Virus record (IMG/VR): IMGVR_UViG_3300046697_000236
Span: 1 to 58,275 of that record
Origin: a virus
Lineage: Duplodnaviria; Caudoviricetes
Reading direction: 5' to 3' (one strand)
Length of the DNA stretch: 58,275 nucleotides
Of this stretch, positions 21,501 through 30,889 are shown piece after piece. Positions within the stretch are counted from its first letter, which is position 1. The number at the start of each line of letters is the position of its first letter. The notes below the pieces were generated by a model. The model worked only from the letters and a program-made list of their open reading frames with translations, was not told the DNA's origin and searched no databases. The position numbers were made by a program, and so were the translations under genes.

Positions 21501-24500
21501 TAATGAATAGAGTCCACCTGCTTGCTCAAATCATACCGTTCCGCCTGCTGTTCCCCTGTTGGCCAGCAAATTCTATCAAATCCATTCTCGGCAGCATAAC
21601 GAAGCATTCTCTTAAATGCCAATCCCGTTATCTGTTCGGTGTTTTTAAATGGCATATCGGGAGCGGGGTTTAATCCAAGCTTTTTGTTTTCTTCGGCCAA
21701 TTCCTTATCTCTTTTTTCAAGTTCGAAAAGTCTGGCTGTTTCCTTCTGTGTTAATTCCGTTCCTTCCCTAGATTTCTTCTGAAGCGGAATCATTTCATTC
21801 TCTACGGTGGTCCATTCATCATGTAGTTTCTTTCTGATTGCCTTGGATTCATCAGAATTAAACCCTTCCTTTCTCCCCTTCTGTTGCCAATCACTCTGTG
21901 TTTCTTCTTTCACTAAAGATTTCGTTCCGTCCGGTTCATCAAATTCCTGAGAGCGGATGTGGGCTACTACGTTGGGTTCGTCCCAATGAGAAGATTTAAA
22001 GTTTTCTTTTTTTGATATATCAGTCCCGGGTTCTTTTAGATATTCGCTATATGATTCTTTTGCTCTTTCTTCTGAGCCGAAAACAACGCCATTTCTTGCT
22101 GAATCATTTTTGTATTCCTCAAATGTCATGGGCTTGCTGGGCATCGTCAGTAACCATTCCTTGTAGTTCTTGCCGCCGGGAAGGACGTAACCTTTAAACT
22201 TCGTATTGTCCGTTGATCCTATCTGAAGTCTGTCATTTATAGTATTAAATTCTTTGGATTCTTCTGGTGTGAATCTGCGTTTTTGACGTAGTTCTGTAAG
22301 CTCATTTATTCTGTCAAGATCATTTTGTGATACCTTGGCTTGCTCTTTAACCACCTCCTTCAACTCCACCTTATTCTCATTGACAAATTTTGTCAAATCA
22401 GATTTTGTCAACTTGGGATTCTCTTTTAAGAATTCAGGCAGTCCCATCCAGTCCATTTCGGATTGTTTGGCTCCGTTCTTTAAAAGCATTGCCATCCATT
22501 GTTCGGATGTGGCTTTCTCCTGTTGAATCTTATCAATGGCGCGGAGGGTGTTGGAGTAGAAGACTTCGGTAGATTCGTTTTTAAAAAGAGATTGATCTTT
22601 AAAATATATTTTCTTTGCCTTAAAACCACGCTCTGCATCTTTTACAAAATAGTGATGAAATTCGCTTGTTGTGTCATCTGTAGGTATCGACCCTCTTTTT
22701 AATGCGGAAATAAAACCACGAGATACATAGATATTGTCATCTTGAAAATCTTCATTCTTTAATGAAAATTGATTTTCTATTTTATGAATCTCAGTGCCTC
22801 TGTGAAAAATAGGAGTACCAATTTCTTCTACCTTAAACAATACCCACTGGTCCCCGGCAGTCCTCTTAATCCCCTCGATGAGTTTGTGGTTGCGGATGAT
22901 CTCGGCTTCGACTCGTGCCTTATCTGCCTCAAATGGATCAAGGATTCTCTTGATGTTTTCAATATCAATGTCAGGATTGACATCAAACATACTTTGCTGA
23001 ACGGCTTTCTTTCCCTCGAAACCAGCAAGTGATTGTTGAGTCTGTGTGCGATTTGCTATCTCATTTATTTTGGCTTGCTTATCCCTGGCAATCTGCTTGA
23101 TCTTATCTTTGAGATTCTGAATATTCGCTTCAGCTTCCTTAATTCGCCTTTGATCCGATACTAAAATGCCTTTCTTTTCAATTTTATTATTATCAACCAT
23201 GGGAGAAACGTTTGTATTCTCGCTCTCCTGTATTCCGGGCCTCCCACCTTCAGATAATCTATTTCCATTTTGAATAGTGCTTCTTCCGGACTCGGCCATT
23301 CCATTTCCCATAGCTTCCAATCCATTATCATCCCGTCCCGGTACACTGCTAAATAGATCGGGCTGATCTTCTTCAGTAGTTTTATTAATATCTTCATTTT
23401 TGAATGTGGTTTCGGAATTGGTTAAATGATAATTGAATGCTGCATGAACTATCTTTTTGAGATCCTCGTAAGCTAAAGGTATGTCTTTCCCGAATATTTT
23501 CCTAATTGTCTCCCGTAAATTTCTTAAGAATTGAATCCATGCTTTTGCTTCTGGCTTGGTAAAGTTTAGCTCGCCTTCCATGTGCATCTTTTCGGCTATA
23601 TGGGTAAGATATTCTTCGCCCAATTGCCATTTTTCTGCCTTGGGATATAAACGTTTCAGTCTATCGAATGCTGCTTTATCGTTATTCTCAGCGTAATCAA
23701 ATACCTTTTCGCATAATTGTTTGATGTCTGCCTCTGGCAGTATTCCCCTCAGTCCATAGTGCATCCCAACCTCGTGCACATATAGATATTTTGAGTATTC
23801 TGACACTGATAATCCAAGGTCTTTTCTTTCCTTAGAATTTATTATCTTGTCTGTAATAAATTCAGCAGTTCTTATTCCATGAAAATAACCCCCTGAATAA
23901 CTCGTATTGGGTTTAAATAATCTATCTTCAAAAGAATGAACAAGTATTTCAGGTCTGTTCTCGGAGAACTGATCCAATGCATTAAACATACTTGTTATGT
24001 TCTCAACCTCATTGTCTGTTGGCTTGGGATCAATGAAAGTTTTTGACGGAACAATTTCTTCTTCCTCATTCTTGAACGGAACTTCAATATCTTCGATTAG
24101 GTTTGGCGATATATCAGACAATGCATTAAGATCGCCCATGGAGTCCATCCATTCATCAACAGGTATGTTTCTCTTTTCGGCCCTTATAGTGTTTCCGTCA
24201 AATTGTCTTTTCAATTCATCAAGCGCCTTATTGGATGCAACAGATTTCTTTCCCTTGGTTATGTCTCTGGTAGCTTGCTCTCCTCCGACATTTGAAACTC
24301 CCCAAAACTTTCCACGAGGATCTGTTAATAACGTGTTAACAAACTCCACAAATTTAGGATCATCATATTCTTTCAAGCTTGGGTGAGATTCAATCTCAGT
24401 TCTTGCAGTCTTAACAACATCTCGTCTGACAGGTTTTCTTGAATACTTGTCGATGAGAAAGGAATCTCCGTCCGTGTCTGTCGTGATCTCGTATTTGTTT

Positions 24501-27500
24501 CTAAGGTCTTCGTCTCCATTTAATATACTATTGGCTGATTTCAGCTCTCCTTTTCTTGTCTTACTATTTTTGGCATATTCATTCGCAGACTGAATCCTAT
24601 CCATAACCCTGTTTTTTGTAGTCACAGGCACCGTGGCAGACTCCTTGCCCATTATCATTGATGGTTTTACATAGGTCAACGGCTTCTTGGTCAGTCTTGG
24701 ATGTTGAACAAACTCAGCAAATTCCTCATTGGTCATTGTGGTTGTTGCTCCATGTCCAACCCAGTCAATAGAATAATTCTCACGGTAGGCATGTTCAGCT
24801 GCAGCCTGATATTTAAATCCGATCATGGCTTTGTACTCGTCAAATTCTCCGGAAGGGTCAACCTGATCAATAATATAGGTGTTCTTTGAAGCTAAATCGG
24901 GACCAAGGAAAACATCAATATGTTCGCCGGTACGATCTTTCGTTCCAAGAATATACCCATAAGGATTCTTCATTTCGGTTTTCCATTCCCTGCCTTGGGG
25001 GTCGGTTCCGGTTCTGACTGATCCGCGCGGGTTCTCAATAGAAATAGTCAACCCATTAATGTTCATCTTGCCTTTCGGGTAGTTGCCTGCTTCGATCTGT
25101 GCCTTGGAAGGATTCATCTCTGTTTCCTTTTCGGCTTGATCTAATTTCTTTTGAAGTTTTACTTCTTCAGGTGTTTGAAATATTCGACCTGTTCTAGTCT
25201 CTTCTTCGCCTGTCCCTTTGATAGGTTCGGTGCTGATAGGTTCTTGCCCTTTTCCGATACTACCTTGTATCCCTGACTTGTTTTTACTAACATTTGATTC
25301 TGGTTTTAATTCATCATGTTTTCTTTCCTCTTGCCTTCTGCTATATTCTTCCGGATTTTCTTTTTTAAGTTTCTCCATTTCGGCATCCGCTTCCGCCCAA
25401 TCATTTTTTCGGGGAGTATTTCGAAACTCTTCAGCATCTTTGGCAATCTTCTCTCGCGGTTCAATATCAGCGGGAGAGCCAGCACCTTGTTCAACCGGGT
25501 GCTGTACTCCAGATACATTTTCCTGAACAGGAGTAGTAATCTGTCCGCCTTCGGGAGGTGAACCCTGGTTCCCCTGAGTTCCAACCTCTTTTTCTTTTGA
25601 TAATATTTGCCAACCTGGAGTCATTTTGTTTCCAGTATTAACTTTCTTTAGTTCTAATACGAAATCGTCACCAATTTGCTCATTTAACTTATCAATTGCA
25701 ACTTTAGCCTCCGAGAACGTCATCATTTGTGAAAGCGATTCCCCCTTATTTTGTGTAGGAGTGAAAGTTGCTGCATTCTTATCTTCATATTGCACAACTA
25801 CTGGTTGCGGTTGTGCCTGTACTTGTTGTTGCGCTTGCTGTTCGACTTGGTTCTGTGTGGCTTCATCAATGTTCGGAGGGATGATTTGATCGTAATCCTT
25901 AGGATCAATATCAATTGAATTCTGACCTTCTACTGCAATTTTAATCCTTCCGTTCTGAATCTTCCGTATTCTTCCTTCCCTGCCACCAGAGAGCTGTATC
26001 ATGTCGCCCGCCTGTAGTTTGTTTACATAAAATTCGGTTAATTGATCTTTGATTTTATCAACAGGATATGCTTGTTGCATGTTGGCAACTTCTTTTTGAA
26101 TATATTCATCTTTGGTGAACTCACTAACAGGTGTTAGTTTATCATTCAGAATCATTTTTTTCTTTCCCTCGATAGGGTCATATACTATAGATGTCTCGTC
26201 ATTTAATGCACTAATCACATGAACGGGATTGCCTTCTATGTCTGTAGCTGTCTTAACTGTACCGGTGGCCTTGTCAGCATTTTGATTATAATTATCATTG
26301 GCTTTTTGATTATATCTGTTATTCCATGCTGTTTTTTCCGCATCTTCGAGTCTTAGTTGTCCGTTCGCCAATGTTTCTTTTATCCGTGCAGCGTCTTCTT
26401 TGGTTATCCTAACCGTGTTATTTAACTGATCCATAGAAACTGACCCAATAGATCCATCACTATTCACTATCTGAACTGGGACGTTTCTTTTAACATTGGC
26501 TTGTTCGTCACCTTCAAGCGATTCCCATGTTTTCCCATATAGTTTTTGAGAAATATTATCAACAATTTTATTCATGTTGGGATTACCCAACACAGCAACA
26601 ACACTTCCATCATCGGTCCTTGTGCCAAGATTATACCCGAATTTGTCAAAGTTTTCCTGTATGTTTTTAGGGAAACCTTTCATTGCGCCAACACCACCCA
26701 TAAATCCACCCATCAGCATCATGGGAAGTGCACTCGTGGCGAATATTTTCCCATAGTTTTTCCAATCATCAATCTTACCTGTGGGTAGCTCGTTAATAAA
26801 TTTAGTCGATGCTGCTAGCCCCCCCATGGTCAGACCGGCATTAATGCCATTTTTCAGTGCGGCGTCAGCAATATTCTTAAGCATATTTGGTGCTTCGGGA
26901 GCTGATGTAAGAAATTTAGATATGGCATAATCTGCAATTTCGGGATCAAGCTTCATTAATTGTGTTGCCGCAAAATCAGAAAGATATTTTCCCTGCATGG
27001 ACTGGGCAAGCTTCCCTCCCCATTGGCTCATAAATATTTGATTTAGTGCCCCTGACATTAATACCGCCCCTCCTTTTAGATATGGATTAATGTCCTCCCC
27101 TGTTTGTTTCTGATAATCATCAAGATTCTTAAGCGTTCCGCCCATTTGGTCCGCGGTCATTGTTCCAATCATACCTTGAGTCAATGCCCGACCTACAGTT
27201 CCAGATATTCCACCTATACCTTCACCTACCCCACCAACCGCAAATAAAGCTATAGGAAGTATCTGTTTTACAGCCTCCGCCCATCCCGTTGTGTTTTCCC
27301 CCTGCTGCATCCACCGTGCTCCCGTTGTTTGCATTTTGTTGCCAAGGTCGTCTTGGTTTAACGTGGAAATTTGTCCAAGAACTTCGGGTGTTGTCTTATT
27401 AGTACTTGGCGTTTCTGCTGGCAGGAATAATCCTCCGCTCATTCCTCCAAGACTGCCGATATTTTCAGCTCCTGTCTTGTAATCAGGAGAAATCAGCTCA

Positions 27501-28369
27501 CCAATACCTTTATACAACTCCTTTTCGGACCGTAAGCGATTGTCTTCGGTCTTTAAATCCATGTAGGTTCTTTTGTTCCATGGATGATCAATATACTTTT
27601 GATCCTCATCAATCCCCTTCATTAATGCAGCTTCTTGTGGAGTACCTTTTAAAATAGACGATAAATTATTCAGCTCTTCTTTGGCTGATTCAAGATAATT
27701 TATCTTCTTATCCATGTCGTTAATAAACGAGCCATTAGTAATTGTCTGATTCTTATCTAACCAATTATTTGAAAATGCATTATGTTGATTTTCAACATCT
27801 TTCGATTTGTTAAAATAGTCCTCCGGATTGTCTCCCAAATCCTCAAATTTAACTCCTTGGGTTTCTAGTGTTTTTTTAAGACACTCAAGCTTAGCTTGAC
27901 CTGAAAGATTTTTTACTGCTTCACCTGCTCCATAAAGTATTGGTCCTACAGTACTTTTTCCAAAAGCTTCTACTCCCTGCAGGGGGGTTGTTAATGACTT
28001 GATTTCTTTGGGTTGTTTATACGAGGGATCCATCCATTCCGCTGCTTGCTCTGAGGCAATATTCGGGAGATTTGCGGCTTGATTAAATTCATTACCAACA
28101 ACATCTGATCTGTCTTTATTTGTTATTGCCCAAGAAGGAAGCTTATTCTCTATTTCAGGACCTGATGCACCTTGGTCTATTTGGCTATTTTGTTTATTTT
28201 CCCCAATGCTTGCCGAACCGCCAACTTCTTTTCCTTTGGGAGAATAACCGTATTCTTCATCAATAAGCTGGTCGTCTGTTTTTGGAACAGAAGTATCAGC
28301 CTCTGGGTCTTTAACCTGAGAATTGTATAAAGAATCAAACTGCGCGAGTTCTTCCGGAGTAAAAGGCAT
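15545..28369 (-). CDS. Giant polyvalent (probably ejected) protein with PPase-like, zincin peptidase, JAB/RadC and LPD38-like domains
   Basis: YGYILGT..GEHIDVFLGP (~24750-25120), HEVGMHYGLR (~23760), HNHPSG..PSGEDI (~19685), LPD38-like C-terminus. Confidence 0.75.
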   Translation of the reverse strand: MPFTPEELAQFDSLYNSQVKDPEADTSVPKTDDQLIDEEYGYSPKGKEVGGSASIGENKQNSQIDQGASGPEIENKLPSWAITNKDRSDVVGNEFNQAANLPNIASEQAAEWMDPSYKQPKEIKSLTTPLQGVEAFGKSTVGPILYGAGEAVKNLSGQAKLECLKKTLETQGVKFEDLGDNPEDYFNKSKDVENQHNAFSNNWLDKNQTITNGSFINDMDKKINYLESAKEELNNLSSILKGTPQEAALMKGIDEDQKYIDHPWNKRTYMDLKTEDNRLRSEKELYKGIGELISPDYKTGAENIGSLGGMSGGLFLPAETPSTNKTTPEVLGQISTLNQDDLGNKMQTTGARWMQQGENTTGWAEAVKQILPIALFAVGGVGEGIGGISGTVGRALTQGMIGTMTADQMGGTLKNLDDYQKQTGEDINPYLKGGAVLMSGALNQIFMSQWGGKLAQSMQGKYLSDFAATQLMKLDPEIADYAISKFLTSAPEAPNMLKNIADAALKNGINAGLTMGGLAASTKFINELPTGKIDDWKNYGKIFATSALPMMLMGGFMGGVGAMKGFPKNIQENFDKFGYNLGTRTDDGSVVAVLGNPNMNKIVDNISQKLYGKTWESLEGDEQANVKRNVPVQIVNSDGSIGSVSMDQLNNTVRITKEDAARIKETLANGQLRLEDAEKTAWNNRYNQKANDNYNQNADKATGTVKTATDIEGNPVHVISALNDETSIVYDPIEGKKKMILNDKLTPVSEFTKDEYIQKEVANMQQAYPVDKIKDQLTEFYVNKLQAGDMIQLSGGREGRIRKIQNGRIKIAVEGQNSIDIDPKDYDQIIPPNIDEATQNQVEQQAQQQVQAQPQPVVVQYEDKNAATFTPTQNKGESLSQMMTFSEAKVAIDKLNEQIGDDFVLELKKVNTGNKMTPGWQILSKEKEVGTQGNQGSPPEGGQITTPVQENVSGVQHPVEQGAGSPADIEPREKIAKDAEEFRNTPRKNDWAEADAEMEKLKKENPEEYSRRQEERKHDELKPESNVSKNKSGIQGSIGKGQEPISTEPIKGTGEEETRTGRIFQTPEEVKLQKKLDQAEKETEMNPSKAQIEAGNYPKGKMNINGLTISIENPRGSVRTGTDPQGREWKTEMKNPYGYILGTKDRTGEHIDVFLGPDLASKNTYIIDQVDPSGEFDEYKAMIGFKYQAAAEHAYRENYSIDWVGHGATTTMTNEEFAEFVQHPRLTKKPLTYVKPSMIMGKESATVPVTTKNRVMDRIQSANEYAKNSKTRKGELKSANSILNGDEDLRNKYEITTDTDGDSFLIDKYSRKPVRRDVVKTARTEIESHPSLKEYDDPKFVEFVNTLLTDPRGKFWGVSNVGGEQATRDITKGKKSVASNKALDELKRQFDGNTIRAEKRNIPVDEWMDSMGDLNALSDISPNLIEDIEVPFKNEEEEIVPSKTFIDPKPTDNEVENITSMFNALDQFSENRPEILVHSFEDRLFKPNTSYSGGYFHGIRTAEFITDKIINSKERKDLGLSVSEYSKYLYVHEVGMHYGLRGILPEADIKQLCEKVFDYAENNDKAAFDRLKRLYPKAEKWQLGEEYLTHIAEKMHMEGELNFTKPEAKAWIQFLRNLRETIRKIFGKDIPLAYEDLKKIVHAAFNYHLTNSETTFKNEDINKTTEEDQPDLFSSVPGRDDNGLEAMGNGMAESGRSTIQNGNRLSEGGRPGIQESENTNVSPMVDNNKIEKKGILVSDQRRIKEAEANIQNLKDKIKQIARDKQAKINEIANRTQTQQSLAGFEGKKAVQQSMFDVNPDIDIENIKRILDPFEADKARVEAEIIRNHKLIEGIKRTAGDQWVLFKVEEIGTPIFHRGTEIHKIENQFSLKNEDFQDDNIYVSRGFISALKRGSIPTDDTTSEFHHYFVKDAERGFKAKKIYFKDQSLFKNESTEVFYSNTLRAIDKIQQEKATSEQWMAMLLKNGAKQSEMDWMGLPEFLKENPKLTKSDLTKFVNENKVELKEVVKEQAKVSQNDLDRINELTELRQKRRFTPEESKEFNTINDRLQIGSTDNTKFKGYVLPGGKNYKEWLLTMPSKPMTFEEYKNDSARNGVVFGSEERAKESYSEYLKEPGTDISKKENFKSSHWDEPNVVAHIRSQEFDEPDGTKSLVKEETQSDWQQKGRKEGFNSDESKAIRKKLHDEWTTVENEMIPLQKKSREGTELTQKETARLFELEKRDKELAEENKKLGLNPAPDMPFKNTEQITGLAFKRMLRYAAENGFDRICWPTGEQQAERYDLSKQVDSIHYDPLIKQLSARKGTQQVLKEQGVVPEKIADYIGKDAANKLLSSEINGAGNYELVGDDIKTQAPGMVGYYDKIEPSWIVKYIKPMGGVVGKHTLPNGVTLHSVEMTPAMLETGLGEQSMFKNEEESTLPEEKEQEVKPLPTFMQPVGRWEHPLDKVTNPMGGIQYLHPRETILNSIQPYHYKINAGLTGSTFLGNLNQAIEPTTLDKYPTLKGTQVAIYIRADFTQPGGWFDRGIRFGKPQLFIKAKSQEQASLMLSEGIKYLMQEVDNGNMSDPQPTGFEKLGFGGLNQIEKKHAGTGLYFVAHKNAGQLQYRLFKGTDPSKTILPDWDKKLPISIYDNLLKTAQDNPIAHKFLPNIIALKNSNFGQIYNNLSHFSDDSTVNEILREAGIKGWKRTEGDDTEYVVPDNSDLSIDHVQLLEPNVEYSQKDDIFVQVLNDAVNKLQDSDNINKSYGSKSFLQEYFQKAIDEAVMESKPKNTMGAGKQLSFDFVGRYNIPDQSSTEIPENHIIQGFAESLHISFAGQVIKFPRDIAQLFSLQRSPYIEKGHVVFVDKSGKIIANHSETLGIPSATSLGSKIDDTHDDNFIQIARMAKELNADVYLLHNHPSGNHLPSGEDIRATKNIAAQLTSGSEFKGHIIIDHNKFTIIYANGEFEEKEYKEPVDKLILPTPKVNDVILMTQFAKRLLTEKQLPSAIIMLNSQLKVAGYIPLLNSDITLLINEINEHVKNAGLYAAKHYAIVHDGSIKTTSLLKEQRSLSDGLIDIIDTKINQSYNSVIFQSPVQIRPVIKGYRLGEPEQRYLSEGIEKAVSIFGLTKNIRNAGFILPDGRMLNFVKDGRRLEHINIAKAFADFEAKPLEDQSHDKYDEARTYLERFIHDGAIRISAGDGMVEMNQHPTDEQLKLIGEALGDYRSRIFIDVHHDNGQTNSIEIPTAKGAEDIISEIKSKLNEPVEKKNYVSPVNAFFKNEEDPDQLMNEYLKDHMGNRRYLSIEEAIREAVQDTMLPVKKFMFDVVRAGGKITDDMDVWAKANSAASIMMSKDKELKTDFIEPFLDIAMKTAHEAGVDEQKLQEYMRAKDAIGRNKFKRIQNKDTEPKVYAGSIGNNPLTDDFAQRIINDLESKVDKKTIEKFWDQWRDLTDKNIDMNVEFGMLSISDGQKIKASWKDYVPQRGWKDDQSELFDYQNTQMGGAFNGLQKAKGRESQSADPIAQMINMAQCTIAYGVKNTYNQSMLHFVEANQLTKEGKPLLKGIVEPREVYYIKTKDEDGNESIEETYEKPKAELLKSGRAALKLFAEHKRLRPAEVAKQHEVPVMINGNKVRLVFGNEKMGSLVEVANALNKNNIQTISLAKLLDAPSKFLGRTTGWLSRSATGWNLAFQIPNLLRDLQYAWQANALFNNQGWAYAKNMGRALATIKDSFGKHFDPSTNPDHALYKLYTDNGGPTGFVNAQKISAIEKDLANVYKRYTGTNGILDKIGQSSALRWSKETFEKLSSFSEQTARFATFVTSIEKGRSVLTAIKDAKDVTSNFDTKGTLGKILGANYMFFNPSIQGADHALRMSGVGHEYDFPYTNEKGEYEEGKSNKQRNQRRKAMGVDALGWMVVGYFTAWVNSTIGNIDPVDGKPYYEKISPYVKHNNMIIPTMNEGHHVSIPIGFYFRNWYGLGAGLYEIVSGQTELGTGIGQALNGFTNAFAPVDVGGFVDRKGDFSCRPLIPGYGMGIHDLWSNEDYAQHTITREPFSQALEKVLPSSSLGKENVNPLIKGMTDFSFYVAGGNPNKHTLVNQRSELRGIQENVWKIADWNPSKVEYFLQYYTGGLGQFFNQLYKTTTHAVAAGTNIVSGKDAPFEKAGFEINDIPIFNRFYRNTYGDADMQEFNKLREENAAAKQNYSISTPAEIANYMSHPETARLYLRYKFMDNIEKHERKVSKLENKVDESNKDLITADETQENKIQLKKERADRIHNYLQMIKEADDAADNELKKHKP

Positions 28370-28371
28370 GT

Positions 28372-29655
28372 TTACTTTTGTATAAGCGGTTTCGATTTAT
28401 TTTCCACCCATTGGTTAGTAAGTTGTTTGGCATCTATGGCGGAATATCCTTGATCCCTTAGTTGCTTAAACATATCCTTACTTGTCAGTCCTTTATTTGC
28501 CTTTTCTATGCCGGCAACATCCTGGAATGCTTTTCTAATGTTGGGTTTTATATCTGTCGAAACCTGATTGCCTTCTTTTGGATTGTTCCCCATGGGATTA
28601 AACGATTTGCTCCACCAATCACTCGCTGCCTCTGTCGCTGTTTTATCCGGCGCGGGCGTGGGATAGTTGCTTGCGTTTTTCCCTGGGGCTTCCGCTCCAA
28701 GATTAAACTGTGGAAAATATTGTTTCGAGAAAGTCCTCATGTGATTGAGTATCTCTGGGAATTCTTTTGCGTGTGCTGCTACAAAATCCTTCAATGCCAC
28801 CTGGTTGCCAAAGTCTCCAGTCTCTGCATTGAATTGTAGCAGTTTAGCTGTTGCATCCTTCTTGTCTGGATTTGCTGAAATATAAGCATTAAACAATGCA
28901 TGGGTGTCTCCTTCCGTCAATCCTATTTTTTGGTCAGGACTGTCGGGATCATTGATATCAAAATACGGCTTATGGGTCCCCGCTCTTTGGCTCATTTGTT
29001 TTGCCAATCTTTCATCCACTGCCTTTTGCCGTGCAGCTAATGCTCTATTCTTAAAATCTAAATCTTCTGCATGTCTGGTATTACGTCCAGCCTCTAAATC
29101 TAAAGCATGATCGGTTTTCCCTTGCTTGACTCCAAGATTCTTATTGGCAATGTCTTCCTGAGTTTCATTTCTATTTTCGGCCAATTTATTCTTGGTCCAA
29201 TCTTGTAAACCTTCCTTATGCAAATTCTCAAGTTCCTTAAGATAATTACCCGACTCTTTGGCGTAGTTGTTTTGTAGATCACGATTTCTTGCCATTGCCC
29301 TCAAGATTGAGTCATCTTCCTGCGTCTTTTCTACCGGAGCGCCACCATAAGACTGAGCGATACCTCCGAGGGCACCCAGGGCATTCCCAAGCGCTTGAAT
29401 ACGCGCCGATTTTTTATTTGCGTTGATCTCGTCAACTGGATATTTGGGTTTTTGAGCAATAATCAGATCCCTCAATGCTTCGTAGTCTGGAGGTTGCTGA
29501 TATGCTTTGGTGGTTGTGGCTGCGACATGCATGCCAGATTGACCTAGTTGTGGTTGAATAGGCGTCTGTGTTTTCTCTGTCCCGGGTGTTTGTAAATCGG
29601 GATCAGGTTGAACAGCCTTTACTGGAGGTGTGTTATTTATGTCGTTATCTGCCAT
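28372..29655 (-). CDS. Putative internal virion/ejection protein
   Basis: Coiled-coil with ALGNALGALGG segment, upstream of the giant protein. Confidence 0.5.
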   Translation of the reverse strand: MADNDINNTPPVKAVQPDPDLQTPGTEKTQTPIQPQLGQSGMHVAATTTKAYQQPPDYEALRDLIIAQKPKYPVDEINANKKSARIQALGNALGALGGIAQSYGGAPVEKTQEDDSILRAMARNRDLQNNYAKESGNYLKELENLHKEGLQDWTKNKLAENRNETQEDIANKNLGVKQGKTDHALDLEAGRNTRHAEDLDFKNRALAARQKAVDERLAKQMSQRAGTHKPYFDINDPDSPDQKIGLTEGDTHALFNAYISANPDKKDATAKLLQFNAETGDFGNQVALKDFVAAHAKEFPEILNHMRTFSKQYFPQFNLGAEAPGKNASNYPTPAPDKTATEAASDWWSKSFNPMGNNPKEGNQVSTDIKPNIRKAFQDVAGIEKANKGLTSKDMFKQLRDQGYSAIDAKQLTNQWVENKSKPLIQK

Positions 29656-30134
29656 TATTCCTTTGTTGCGGGTGCGCTTGAAGATTTATTGTACCAACTT
29701 GATACTCCACCTAATTTATTAAAGACAGACTGTCCCTCCGGAACATGTTCCGTAACCTCATTGTTTTTTTCTGGAGTTGCCTCTGCTTGTTTCATTGAAT
29801 AATCCTTTATGTCGCCCGTATTATCTCTCTCGAAATCATAAGATGTGCCTGCAGATGTAGGCTTCCATGCTTTTTTTGCGATATTGAAATCTACAACTCC
29901 ATCCGCATTGACGAACTTTTTTCCCACATTAGGAAACTTATCTTTAAACTCTGAGCGTAGATCCTGTCTTTGCCTTAAGGTATCATCATCCATTGAATCA
30001 TCCGCAAATACTATTTTGTGTCTCCCATTATCATTGAGCCAACTCACAGCCATGGGAATCTCTCCTTGGTTGCTAGGCGTTGCTTTTGTTGTCGAAATAT
30101 TTTCTAATGGGTGACTTTTACCTGGTTCTGCCAT
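29655..30134 (-). CDS. Hypothetical virion protein
   Basis: Coupled ORF in the ejection-protein cluster. Confidence 0.5.
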   Translation of the reverse strand: MAEPGKSHPLENISTTKATPSNQGEIPMAVSWLNDNGRHKIVFADDSMDDDTLRQRQDLRSEFKDKFPNVGKKFVNADGVVDFNIAKKAWKPTSAGTSYDFERDNTGDIKDYSMKQAEATPEKNNEVTEHVPEGQSVFNKLGGVSSWYNKSSSAPATKE

Positions 30135-30146
30135 ATTGTTTTAGTT

Positions 30147-30872
30147 TTAACCTATTACTTTCTCTCCCATATCAGCCATGATATTAAACCCACCTCCATT
30201 ATCAGAATTGCCCTTATTGGACAATGAGGAATCATTTTGGAAAATGCTTCCTGGCTTCGTTCCTCCACTTCCGGAAAAAGCGCTACTCACATCCTTCCCC
30301 GCTCCACTAAAATTAGCCATTGCGTTATTTATGGATTGCTGTTGTTGAGTCCATAAGTTCTGTTGCTGTTGATCGAGCGGCATTTGTTGATTAAGATATT
30401 GATTACGTATACCCTGTTTGTATGATTGTCCGCTTGCCGCCAAGCTACCATAAGCATTCGCTATCTGTCCCTCCATACCTGTTTTTTGTGCTATCTTGGA
30501 TTCATCAGACGCACCGGTTATTGCTCCGGTTCCTGCGGATTGCAAATTTGCCTCCTTAACACTATTCTCAAGACCGGTCTGTAAAGCTTTGCCTTGAGCT
30601 GTGTCAAGAATATCCTTATTGTATTCCGTGTTGTAATAATTCTGATTAGCTAACTCTCTTTGAGAGACAAGTCCTTGTTTTTTTGACTGAATATCAGCTT
30701 GTTTTTTCCCTGAAAAGAATCCCGCTACGCCACCAATAAGACCTCCGGCAGCAGCTCCTATCGCAGTTCCTTCAGGACCAACAAAACTCCCTATTTCGGC
30801 GCCCATAGCCGCACCCGTTCCTGCTCCTTTTAATGCGCTTCCTGCTTCTGTTGCTCCGGTACCATTTGCCAT
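30147..30872 (-). CDS. DNA pilot/ejection protein
   Basis: Gly/Ala-rich hydrophobic N-terminus (GAAAGGLIGGVAG) followed by Gln-rich coiled coil. Confidence 0.6.
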   Translation of the reverse strand: MANGTGATEAGSALKGAGTGAAMGAEIGSFVGPEGTAIGAAAGGLIGGVAGFFSGKKQADIQSKKQGLVSQRELANQNYYNTEYNKDILDTAQGKALQTGLENSVKEANLQSAGTGAITGASDESKIAQKTGMEGQIANAYGSLAASGQSYKQGIRNQYLNQQMPLDQQQQNLWTQQQQSINNAMANFSGAGKDVSSAFSGSGGTKPGSIFQNDSSLSNKGNSDNGGGFNIMADMGEKVIG

Positions 30873-30889
30873 AAGGATAATTTATGGGC

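Noticed and set aside
16341-29802. Many short + strand ORFs
   Set aside because: Antisense to long virion genes and lacking motifs
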